Shown here: in pieces, positions 9,568 through 21,619 of the stretch
Position numbering within the stretch: position 1 is the first letter of the stretch
Layout of the letters: every line of letters begins with the position of its first letter
Assembly: GCA_016748015.1 (NCBI GenBank)
Contig: JAAOMT010000703.1
Coordinates: forward strand, 990,255-1,054,254
DNA: 64,000 nt
Direction: 5' to 3'
Origin: Geosiphon pyriformis uo1
Lineage: Eukaryota; Fungi; Glomeromycota
Notes under the pieces: generated by a model
Seen by the model: only the letters and a program-made list of their open reading frames with translations
Told to the model about the DNA's origin: nothing
Databases searched by the model: none
Translations under genes and position numbers: made by a program

Positions 9568-12500
9568 TCAATATCCGGTTGAAGTCTGCTGAGTGTAATC
9601 CCATGTAGGTGCTGGGGTTTGTACAGATGCACTCCCGGTATTGGTCGTTGTTGTTGATTGGGTATATGAATAAGGGTATTGATATGGCTAAAAAAATTTC
9701 AACCGTTTAAATTTGACCTTTTTGACGGGATTGATCCGACCATGTATTAAAAAAAAAAGGAACATACCTGTGCCGCATTACCAGCTGCAGAATAACCCCA
9801 TTGTGCCTGTGAATAATACGAAGCTGGATTCGTAGAGCTCACGGAAGCTGCTGATGACACTGCATATGTTGCAGTCCCTGAAGGACTATCAACTACAGGA
9901 CTCTCAACACCATCTACCCTAAGTTGTTTGGTGGCTCTTTCCAGCTCCTCATCTTCAGGACCACGTTTTTTTGAATCAGAAACAGAACGAGCTGTAATGG
10001 GACCATTAACTTCTACATCAATCTTATTGTAGATTGCAATTGAATTTCCTCGTTCCATGAGGAAGTCAAGATAACGTTGAGAAAATTCACGCATTGTTTC
10101 TGAATGTAAAGTTGAAGCATTACGAATTTGATCAAACAAGTTGTGAACATTCGTTTCCATTTCCACGTCTATGTTATAAAAAATGAATAATTATAGATTG
10201 GGAAGATATTATTTTTCAAAAGGAACAAGATCTTACCGCTCTGAGCTAATTCAAAGTTAACATAATTCAACCAGAAATATTTGCTGTCCAAGTATTCTGT
10301 CGATCCTTCTTGAAAAACCTTTCGAGCTTCTTTGACAGATCCTTCCTTCTTTGTTACATGACTTGTGAGTAGACCAAAATCGATTAATGAAACACCATAT
10401 CTTGATACATACATGCCAAAGTATCTTAGCAAGTTGAACACTGAGAAAAGCCTTAGCCTTGGAATCTGAAATTAATCCATCACTTTTAATGGCTTCTCGA
10501 ATAATCTTGAGGGTTATAGAATGGTCATGAATGTGCTGGCGTCTTTCGAAATGTGCATATTTCGATATCGTCTCAACGTGTCCTGGCACTGAATTAATGT
10601 GAGAATTTTTTCACTTATATTATGAATAAATCAAAACAACAACATACAGTTCTCCAATACACGTTTATAAGTGGTTCTAGCTTCATCAATATGTCCTTGT
10701 TCTTCTTCAAAGCAGGCAAATGCTAAATGAATGCTTGGTCGACTATTAAATAACGACAGAATAGGAAGGTGGGCATGTAAAATTAATATTTTCGATAAAA
10801 TTAAAAAGTTTCAATATCGTAAAAATGCCTACTTTATTGGGATAAAGACTGCTGTGGCTCTTTGATAAATGTTTCTGACATCATCTATTCGATTTTTTGA
10901 CAACATCCATCTGGCATATCTTTGCCAGAATTCATCATATAAAGCCTAATAAAAAGTGTTTTTGATGAAAATTATCAATATGATAATTATATGCCAATAA
11001 AAGCACTTAAAATACCGACACAAGCTACTAAACAACGTTCGAAAAGAACTTGAATTCGTATTTCGTCTCCTTCGGCTTCCTCAAAGTCCAGGTATCTACG
11101 CCAATTTATTAGCTGAACATCATCCATTGGCTTTACATGGAAATACGGTCTCTTTATCTGATAAAGAGTAAGTATTAAAACTTATTTATTTAATGAATAA
11201 TTTTGAAAATTATTTCATACCTCAGATTCAAAAGGCCATCTCTTATTTGTCTCCGTTTGAGTTTTCATATAAACTTCCACATTCATATTATATATTCGCA
11301 TACGAATGTCCGCTTGTATTTGTTCTTCGGTCTTCAAATCGAGATTTAAGAGGAAAGCAATTAAAGAAACCATTTAATTGTTTCCGAGCATTGTTGGCTT
11401 TTCAGTGAACTCGATGATAATCACCTTTTCTGCAGGGGCAGAGACCTGCTCACCTTCAGGATTTTCTGAAGGGGGAACTGGGGGTGCAGCCCTTGCTTCG
11501 GATTCAAACTGTTGATATTGTTCAGGTGTCACAAGTTCTGTCACAGGGCGGGTTGGACATAATTGAGTGTATCTAGGGTATCAAAAAGATTAATATATAT
11601 CTTACAAAAGGGTTGGTTTGAGAGAAAACGTTAACTGACTTATCAAAGAATTTGGCATATTGATGCATTGGAATTCGTATTATGCGTTCAAGAATCTTTA
11701 ATACACGGTCGTAAGCCTCCTTGGATTCCTCATACTCCAAGTACTTGTCCCAGAAAATGTGGGCCAGAAAATCTAGTCCTACATAAGCAGCTCCGCGTTC
11801 GAATAACCTAAATATTAAAAGGTCAAGAAAATTAAATTTCGACACATAGCATTGATATTCAAAAAGCAGAGCTCTTGCCAAAACAACGAATGCGACGGCA
11901 CAAACACAATGCTATAACTTATTGTTTAACTGGACCCGAGCCATTAAAGTGAATGAAAATGGTAATTTTTGTGATGGGAAATTTCCGATCGTCCAAGTGA
12001 GTATATTATAAGGCGGCAGTTACATCCATCATCACCTTTGCGAAATAGCTCCTCTGTAATCCCCAGCCCTTGTTACTGGGTATGAGACCCCGCAAAACGA
12101 GAAATCGAAAGTTTTTTTTTCATGGAACACAATGCGAGAAACATCATATGACAAATAAACAACCAAAGTAAAGGTAACAGAAATATTTATGAGCGAAAAA
12201 GTTGCCTGCTCAGTATGTTGTTCGGAATTGAACCTGATTTACGACTGCTGTACGGCTTTTTGTTTGAATAGCATGGAATCCGAGAATAAAAGCAAAAAAC
12301 CACAAAAAGCAGGAGAACAAAGGCGATTTAAATTAAAACATAAAACAATGCTTACCCTCGAATTGTGTCTTCATCCTGAGCATGCTCAATTTTGAAAGCA
12401 CAATATTGGGTCCATAAATCCACAGAATTAGCAATTGCCGCTACTCCACGCTCATATATCTTTCATAAAAAAGTCAGCTTTATGATATAATATCTATAAT

Positions 12501-12927
12501 TATGAAAAGTGAAAAGACCTTTACCTTTTCAGCACCAATAGCGCCTTCTAACCCAAATTCTAAATCAGCATATTTTTTCCAGTATCCAAAGCAAAGGGGA
12601 AATTTTGACAAAAATTGATCGTAAACGCTACGCAAATTCGTTATATTCTCGGGTGGGGATTGTGGGGTTAATCCCCCTTCAGCTGTTTCTGCGAGCCGAA
12701 TAAGATACTCCCAAGAGGCAAAGTCCTAGATTGGAGTAAGTACAAAATACTTAAATTCTCCTTTGTGATAAGCATAAAAAATTTGTCAAGCCAATCAGCA
12801 ATTAACATACATCAGGATTTGATTTTACTATGTCCCAATATCGATCCCACTCAGATGGTTGAGGAACTGAGGATCCTTCTGAATTTTCTTCAGATTTCAC
12901 AACGGTACTAGAGATAGCATCCTCCAT
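9568..12927 (-). CDS. PRP39: Pre-mRNA-processing factor 39 (U1 snRNP HAT-repeat protein), multi-exon
   Basis: Spliced translation gives [65 protein letters not shown] and ALYDEFW. GT-AG introns. ATG at 12927 (an in-frame upstream ATG at 13086 is possible), stop TGA at 9570-9568. Confidence 0.95.
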
Positions 12928-13382
12928 TGCAACCGGCTGTTCCGAGACACCGTTTGTGTGAGCTAAAATGCAGGAAATTATGGGGATTTTGAGTGAAGTA
13001 GCGATTTGTAGGTCCGTCTTAAAAGATTTATGGAACGATTTCAGCGCCTTGTTTTTAGGAGTGTTCCTTTTAAGATCGCCAAACATAGGTTTCTGTCCCT
13101 AAATTAAAATTTTAGCTCAATTACAAAAAACTTACTCAGTAAAGGGTCCATTGAATACTGGGGGTAGTGTGCGGCTGAAGGATCGTCATAACCCGAATTT
13201 TCCATTTGTTTCTGATTGGAGAAAGCAACTTGTTAAATTGAGAAGTGAACAAACGTAAACTAAAATTTGTAATTTCTTGAAACCTTAAAGATTCGAAACT
13301 CGGTTATTTGAATGGCAATATCACGTGGGAGAGAATTCAATTGAAAAAGCCAGAGCACCAGAGCACCAGAGAGCAAAGTTAA
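12928..13382. promoter_or_regulatory. Putative bidirectional promoter between PRP39 and REV3
   Basis: Head-to-head ATGs ~455 bp apart. Contains reverse CCAAT (ATTGG ~13215), CACGTG (13322-13327) and tandem CCAGAGCA repeats (~13350-13376). Confidence 0.55.
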
Positions 13383-16300
13383 ATGCCACGTGAACCAATT
13401 TTAAAACTTAGCATCATTAACATTGACAGCTATTTAGCTTCACCAGGGCCTTGGGATTTGAAATGTTCGTTTACACTTTCCGGGAAAAGTAATCGCGTTC
13501 CTGTAGTTAGAATTTTTGGTAGAACTCAAAGTGGACAGAGGGCTTGTTTGCATGTACACCAGGTATTACTAAAAAAAAAACGATTAAAACGGGAAAAGTC
13601 AAACATTAGGGGGAACCTTTCGATTTTAATTTCTAAAATTTATTAAATGATTCATGTAGGCATTTCCTTATCTTTATATTCCTTATACGGGTTCATTGGA
13701 GCCAATCGAAGGTATTTTTTATTGAACATGTGCTTTTTTGCTTAATGCCCATAGGAGTTTCCTATTGATCCTGATTATTCCTTTCTAGCACAACAATATA
13801 TCCATCAATTCGGCAAAAGTCTTGATCGCGCTGTATCCCTGGTCTATAATGATTCAAATGATTCAAGGTTTACTCAATATGTAGCAGCTATCATCTTAGT
13901 TAAAGGAGTCCCATTTTACGGTTATTACGTGGGCTATCGATATTTCTTGAAAATTTATTTATATCCTTTTTTCATTGTTCAAGATTGATTGATTAATTAG
14001 TGTTCCTTTCTTTTCAGCTGCTCTCTTTGAATCGTTGCTTTATATAATCTTTATATGCAACTTTACCTTTTACATTCAATCCAGATCTAAAGAGCAGGGT
14101 AGCTGAATTACTTCAACTTGGCTCTATTATGGGATGCAAGTTTCAACCGTATGAAGCCCATATCCCTTTTCTCCTCCAGTTTATGGTTGACTATAATTTG
14201 TTTGGAATGAATTACATTCATCTTTCGGACGTCATGTTCCGCCAATTACCCCGTAAATTTGAAAAACTTCTCTTTGACTACTGGGTTTCTCACTTTATAA
14301 AGGTTTTTTGAGTACAATCTCTACTCTCTCAACGTTCATTCTAGTAACCCCCAACCTTAGGAGCGATCATGATAATTGCAACGTGAGGTACCACCCTTCA
14401 GAAAATATATCAAAGAAAAACATCTGGGAACCATCTTTGAAAATAAGAAAACAAAGTTTTACCGAACTGGAGCTAGATGCTAAAGCTATAAATATCCTTT
14501 AGACTAATTCATCATCGAAACACAATTCTTTTTTTTCATAATCAATTAGCCCTTAGCGTTCCAATATTTTTCACATATAATTAATCGTGATTGGATTCAG
14601 CCACGTGATATTCATCATAATTTATGGGAAGGATCCCTTTCAATCTATTCAGATAGGTTGCTATCATCTTTGAATTCTTTATGGGAGGTAAGAAATATAG
14701 AAAACAAATTATAAACCAATAAATTACATTTCGAACTGTATTTTAACTTTATATTTCTTAGGACGAAAGTCGACGACGTAAAGCAAGGGGTTTAGAGCTA
14801 CCTAACGTTGTTGCAGAGTTTTCTTCTGCGTCCGAAGACGATCGCATTCCGCAACCTCTTCGGACAGTAGAGGACGATGAACTTTTACAAAAATTAAGCA
14901 ATCTAAATTTGATGTGTAATAAAGAAGAATCAATACACAAAATTCAAGATTTCTTGCACAAAACGGATTCAGCGGCACACATTCCCACAGTATACGAAGC
15001 TGTTGAAGCCTTATATTTTTCAGAGAAGGAGCCTGAAATCAAGACTTTCTATGATTCATACAAAGAGGATCAGGGCTTTAATTCTTTAAACAATTCCAGT
15101 TTAAGAGTTATTATCAATGAAGAAATAATCAGTCGAGCTAAGGACTGCTCAGGAGAAGTGAGAGATAATATTCGCCATTTTTGATTATCATCAAATCAGT
15201 TAGAGAAAAACTTGATTTAATTTAGTTATTTCTACTAAAAGATAGAGGAAGAAGAAAGTGAAGATGAACTGTCCGCAAATCCAATATTAATTGAAAAGCA
15301 AGGTCTGCAGATGGATGATGCTGAAAAAAAGGATGAATTAGATGAAGCTTTGCTCGGTTTATTGCGGCGAAAGACTTTATTCGCTGAAAATTCTGATGGA
15401 GCACCGCATCAATCAGAAATTCAGCAAGATGACACAAACTTTTTAAAAGAATCAAAGTCATATCCCAGCAAATTAGGCAAAGAGAATTTGGAGAATTGTC
15501 GGAAATTCAGTCAGCAAAGCCAACAGAATTCAAATTTAGCAAGCACCTCTCCTAAGCCTCGAATTACGTCAAATAAAATAATATCTATTGGAACCCCTGC
15601 TTCACCATCAAGCTCTGGTAATTTCTTGATTCCAACGAATTCTATTGGATCTCAAGATTCGAAAGCTCGACTCAAGAGAACTTTCTCCCAAAGTTCTTCT
15701 ACACTCTCTGATATAGAACATGAAGATAAGTTAGTGAATCATAGAGAAAGGCATTGTCATTATCGAGATCAGGCCTTTCCATTGGGAGAGTTAAGCCAAT
15801 CCCAAAAAACTACGTTCTTTGATCCATTACAACCAACACAGAGGATAAAAGACACAGTATCTAAAAATTCTATCACTGGAATGGTGACAAAATTTATTAC
15901 ACGAAATACTAAGCTGAAATTTGACTGTGTAGAAATTCCTTTCAGTGATAAAATTCACCTCGCTTCATATAAACCAGTGGGGCTGCGCATTAAAAACAAG
16001 AATATTCATAATGAAAGTGGAGGAATAAATTGTTTTGAGAATGACTCTAACGATCCTAATACCATACTTGAAAAAGATGAAAAAAAAAGTGTAGGACAAA
16101 TAAATGCGGTAGAAATGGAGAAAGTATCAGCAAAATACAAAATCCCAAAAGGTTTTTTCATCCTTGAAATTAGTATCATCTATTTTAATCTTTTGCAAAC
16201 CATCCTAAAAATTTTTAATCCCTAGATAATTTAATTCACATCTGTGTACCATTGAACTCCTTCGAGTCTCCATTGCCCACTATCCCTAATTTATTTATAT

Positions 16301-19300
16301 ACCGTTTCCTTCCACCGACAACTGAAACTTTGTTAGAAAGCCTTTCGGATTTTGACCTGCCCTATGTTATCTATCAAGAACCTCACTTCACAGATATATC
16401 TGATATACCTGAAAAGCCACGAATTTACGCAGGAAAAGAATTCAAAATAAAAGCTCAACATATTAAATTTATGAATGAATTCAATACTTATGAGAAAAAT
16501 GAAGATACAAACTTCATTCAAGGATTGACTGCGATTGAAGCTGACCTTGGAATTAAAAGCATGTATGCATCATTGATCTTAACCGAAATTACTTTGACAT
16601 ATAAAGCTGAAAGGTTATCCTTATTAATTTGTCCATTTACGATAACGTTAGTAACACCGAATCGACAGCTATACGCGAGTGGACTTTTTATAAACCACCC
16701 CCAAGTCAGCCAGATATGATGAAGTTCCTAAAAGATGAAAAAGATCACTTAGGTATGCTATATGATTTTCTGCTTTTTGAGCCATTATTATTTAACTGTT
16801 TTTCATGGTTTCCCAATATTTTATAAGACCAAAAAGTATCAATCGGACTTGATTTATCTATTCTCAATATCTCCAAGGATCACCAGACTCGGAATTATCC
16901 AATGAAAACAGGAGTGTATCAAGTACAAGAAAGTCTCGGTATTTTTAGCTTAGAAATTCATGGTAATTATTTTCCCATTTAAATACATCTAAAATTACAA
17001 AATGTAAAATCTTGATTTATGTTTATATTTTATGTATCCTTTAGTAAACACTCGTGGAAATATTTTGCCCGACCCTAGGGAGGATAGCGTGACTGTGATT
17101 TTCTGGTGTCTTCAAAGTCCGGATCATGCTGCTTTATTAACTCCTGGAAAAAATGAAGACTGGCGAAATCGGTAAATTGATGATATATTGTCTTTACTTC
17201 TCAGGTTATTATAGTGAAAAGTTTAATTTTACAATAATCCGGTTTTAAGCTATCGTCAAGGTATACTGATGTTGGAGATTGACGGATTTGACATAGACAA
17301 AATTGGCCTACATGGTATAGAACAATCTTAAATTTTATAAAGAAAAATTTGATAATTTACTCAACAATGGTTTATTTAGGGATCAAGCCACAAATCTTCA
17401 GGGATGAATTATCCATGTATAAGCAATTAGTAAAATTGGTGCGGGATTTCGATCCTGATATTTTAGCGGGCTACGAGATTCACAATTCTTCTTGGGGGTA
17501 TATTATTAAGCGTGGATTGGTTCAACATGGTAACATTTATGTTTTTTTATTCTTTGCTTCTAATCCTAAATTTGCCATATCCTTATTTTCATTAACAATA
17601 TTTGTTTATATCAATAGAAATAAATCTTTGTCATGAATTTTCACGAATCATCATCACCACAAAACATAGAAACGATATCATGAATGATGCATGGGGTTTA
17701 CGAAAAGCATCAGCAATTCATGTCGTTGGTAGGCACGTGTTGAACATATGGAGAATAATTCGTGGCCAAATGGATTTAAATATTTATACGTATCAGAATG
17801 TAGTATGGCATCTTTTGCATGAAAGGTAATAGTATTAACAACTATTTTAGTCTCTATATGAATGCAATTCTCCACCTTGCTGAGAATGCATAATTCCCTA
17901 GGGTTCCTCATTATTCAAACCAAACCATGACTCTTTGGTTCACTCATGGACCAACTATTTTGAAATGCCGCGTTTTCAACCATTATCTGGACCATGTGAA
18001 AAGAAATATCGATATTCTAAACAAATCGCATTTCATCAATCGAACAAGGTAAGAGAAATCAGTATCCCTTTGATGAAATCAAAAAGTTGAAATCCTTTCC
18101 TGCCTGAACAACTAATATTATTGGGCCCTTAGTGAATTTTCTCAAATATTTGGAATCGATTTCTATTCGGTATTATCTCGCGGCTCGCAATTTAAAGTGG
18201 AATCAATCATGTTGCGTATTGCAAAACCCGAAAGCTTTGTGTTGATTTCGCCGAGCCGTGAACAAGTGATTTTTTTATTGTTCGACTTTTTTTCAGAAAT
18301 TAAATGTCGTGTATTGATATTTTTTTTATTTACATAGGTTGCTAATCAACGGGCTGCTGAATGCATACCTTTAATCATGGAACCGCAACCGGAATTTTAC
18401 AACAGTCCAATTTTGGTTTTGGATTTTCAATCACTTTACCCTTCAATTATGATTGCTTATAATTATTGGTGATCTATTTTATTAGAGCAATTTTTCTCAT
18501 ACTTTCTGAATTACTCACCTTATTTCTTGGCCTATTTGCAGCTATTCCACTTGCTTGGGAAAACTTGAGCTTGACGATGAAACATCCAATGTATTTGGGG
18601 TCACAACCTATAATAGGGAAGATGCTCTTTTATTGATTTTCAAAGATTATCTTAATGGTTCAGTCTCTTTATTTCTTCAGTCCATGGGTTTTCATTGTTT
18701 GCCGATTAAATTTAACAATATTAAGGCTTTCTTTATGACAAAAAAAGTTGCTCCTAATGGCCTCATTTATGTCAAACCTCATGTTAGAAAGAGTCTATTG
18801 GCAAAGATGTTAAAAGAAATCTTAGACACACGAATCATGTTGAAAAAATCTATGGGGTTATATAAAGACGATAAGGTATATTTTGATTTTAGCTTCATTT
18901 ATATTTTCGTAAATAAAATTTTCATTTTTACATCTCTGAATTGATTTCCGTTAGAACTTGTGTGATATTTTGGACGCAAGGCAACTCGGTTTAAAATATC
19001 TCGCTAATGTCACTTATGGGTACACAGGGGCTACCTTTTCAGGACGAATGCCTTGCGTTGATATTGCCGATAGCATTGTTCAGACAGGAAGAGAAACTTT
19101 AGAGAAGGTAATAAAAATTTAATGGCATTACAATCTTCTGCTTTTATTTAATGGCATCTATGTTATTAGGCCGTTGATTTGATTCACTTCACCAAGCGTT
19201 GGGGAGCCAAAGTCGTATATGGCGATACCGATAGGTAGGGATTATTATTAAATAATTGGATTAAACTATATTTTTTAAACCAGGAAACATAATATTTATT

Positions 19301-20859
19301 TCTTGAATCTACAGTTTATTCGTTTATTTACCAGGTCGAAGCAAAGATCAAGCATTTGAAATCGGCAACGAGATCGCGGAAGCTGTCACTCAAATGAATC
19401 CCAAACCCGTTAAATTGAAGTTTGAGAAGGTGAAGCTGCAAATAAAAACATACGATTAAAGTGCGATTTCAAAAAACATATCTGTTCCTTATATTTTTTC
19501 TCCTTAGGTTTATCTTCCATCCATATTGCTTGCAAAGAAAAGGTATATCGGTTTCAAATTCGAGACCAAAAATGATTTGGAGGCCGAACTAGATGCTAAG
19601 GGAATGGAACTAATCCGCAGAGATGGAGTGCAAATTACACGTAAGCTGATGGAAGAATGTATTAGGTATGAATTCAAACCTTTGCCAAACCACTTTGTTC
19701 CATTCAGGATTTTCCTTCTTTAATCCAAATTTTTATAAAAACATTTCATGTAAGACTACTTTTTCGCACCCAAAATCTTTCCGAAATTAAAATATACTTG
19801 GAAGATCAGTGGGCGAGAATTCTTTCAGGACGGGTATCAATTAAAGATTTTATATTTTCCAAAGAGGTCAAATTTGGAACCTATGCGTATGTATGACAAC
19901 AATAGTTTTCGTTTGGTAGAGATTTTCCATCTTATTTTTTTTTAATCAGTGATGGATCACATTTACCCCCTGGTGCTATCTTGAGCACCCGCCGGATGGC
20001 AGCTGACTATCGTACAGAGCCACAATATGGAGAACGAGTGCCATATGTAGTTGTACGTGGTGCTCCCGGAGAAAGATTAATAAATAGAATTGTATCTCCA
20101 GACGAATTAGCGAGCAGCAGGTTCGTTCTAAAACTATCATTCTTCATCTTATTAAATTATAAAAAATCTTTTTCTCACTCTTATTTTGATGTTTAAGAGT
20201 CCTACGTCTTGATGGCCATTACTATATCTCAAAACAAATTATACCTGCAATCGCAAGAATTTTCAATCTAGTAGGAGTGGGTCAGTAAAATTGCTCATTT
20301 AATTCCACTATATCATTGAATAGGTAATGGGTTAATTAACTTATATTAGATATTGAAACTTGGTACGAGAAAATGCCGCGTACTTTAAATTCCAACACTC
20401 GTCATTCTGCGGGAATTAACTTTTACTATTGGAGCGGGACATGCATAAATTGTGGAGCCAATGTGGATTCCGTGCGAGGTTTGTCGGTCTCAATTTCCCT
20501 CGATTAAGCATAGAATTATTTTTAATTCTGAATCTTCAACTTTGTACCTTTGGGATTATTTTTCTCCGAATGCCGCCTCGTGGAAACTATTTAAAGTAAT
20601 ATGTGAGGAATGTGTTGACGCATCACGAATTACAGCTTTTCAATTGCAAAAAAAGCTTCAACATACCCAACGGCGGTTTCGATCCCTTGTTGATATCTGT
20701 GCGATGTGCTCACGCCAACCAACGGCCATCTGTGATATAGCATGTGATTCAATGGATTGTCCAGTATTTTTTGAGAGAGCAAAGGCCAAAAGTGAATTAC
20801 GAATGGAGCAGCACGTTAATGAGCTAGTGGAAGATTTATTAGAATACAGTTTGGATTGA
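13383..20859 (+). CDS. REV3: DNA polymerase zeta catalytic subunit (family B), multi-exon
   Basis: VPVVRIFG..GQRACLHVH, FQPYEAHIPFLLQF, DPDILAGYEIHNSSWGY, LDFQSLYPS, KYLANVTYGY, YGDTDS, LAKKRY, EPQYGERVPYVV, and C-terminal CysA (CINC..CEEC) and CysB (CAMC..CDSMDCPVFFER). Confidence 0.97.
13961..14073 (+). other. U12-type (minor spliceosome) AT-AC intron in REV3
   Basis: 5' ss ATATCCTTTT and 3' ss ...CCTTTTAC. Removal restores YFLKIYLFNPDLKSRVAELLQ in frame with ORF 14129. Confidence 0.88.
14492..14574 (+). other. Second U12-type AT-AC intron in REV3
   Basis: 5' ss ATATCCTTT, branch-point-like CCCTTAGC (14550-14557) and 3' ss TTTCAC. Removal restores ELELDAKAINIINR. Confidence 0.9.
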
Positions 20860-21619
20860 GTTTCTTGAGCTCTTTTATATGAAAATGGGGTCCATTCTAA
20901 TCTTCATTCTTATGTTGACATCCAGTCTGGCATCTAATATACTGAAATCTTTTATCTTTTTTGGCTTATTTTACTTGAATATGTGTGGCTAATTATATCC
21001 GAGATTTACTTTGAGATCTAAATTTTTATTAGCTAAACAAATATTTTACATATTATTTAAGCTTTATTAAACTGACAAACTAAATGAATTGAAATTAATT
21101 TTAATTGATTATTTTGTATAAACCACAATTGTATTAAACTAATTCAGAATATTACATATATGAGAATTAATAAAATTCCAAAAAACTGAAAAACAAAAAA
21201 TAATTTAAAATCAATTATTAATAATTATTTTTCAAGTAATCATAATTTTTTAACAAAATTTGTGCATTCTAAAATTAAAATTTCTAAGCCTTATTTTTAT
21301 TAAGACTATAGTATTGATTATTACTAGATAACAGAAATACATTTTCACAAAAATGAATTCTAAACTTTTAAACTATTTGATTAGGCCTTAAGGTTTAATT
21401 TAAATATTGTTTGAAAATTTGCACTTGAAACTAAGATATGAGTTTGAAAAGGTAAAAAAGAAACGAGCATCGCTGGAGTTTGAAAAAATGGACTTTTTTT
21501 TAGAAGGGAAACTAGTGAACACCACCCACTGAAAACTATGCTCAAAGATGCCTATCTTCAAGGGTAAAATGTTTTTAAATTACCGTGATCGAATGAATAC
21601 AAGTGGATCATCAGGATAT

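Noticed and set aside
11930-12040. Box C/D snoRNA in the long PRP39 intron (GTGATGA on the sense strand)
   Set aside because: No downstream CTGA box D or terminal stem at a plausible distance.
17030-17045. GTATCCTT as a third U12 donor in REV3
   Set aside because: It lies at the 3' end of an ordinary GT-AG intron (..cctttag|TAAACACT), and exon joining gives SLEIHVNTRG without it.
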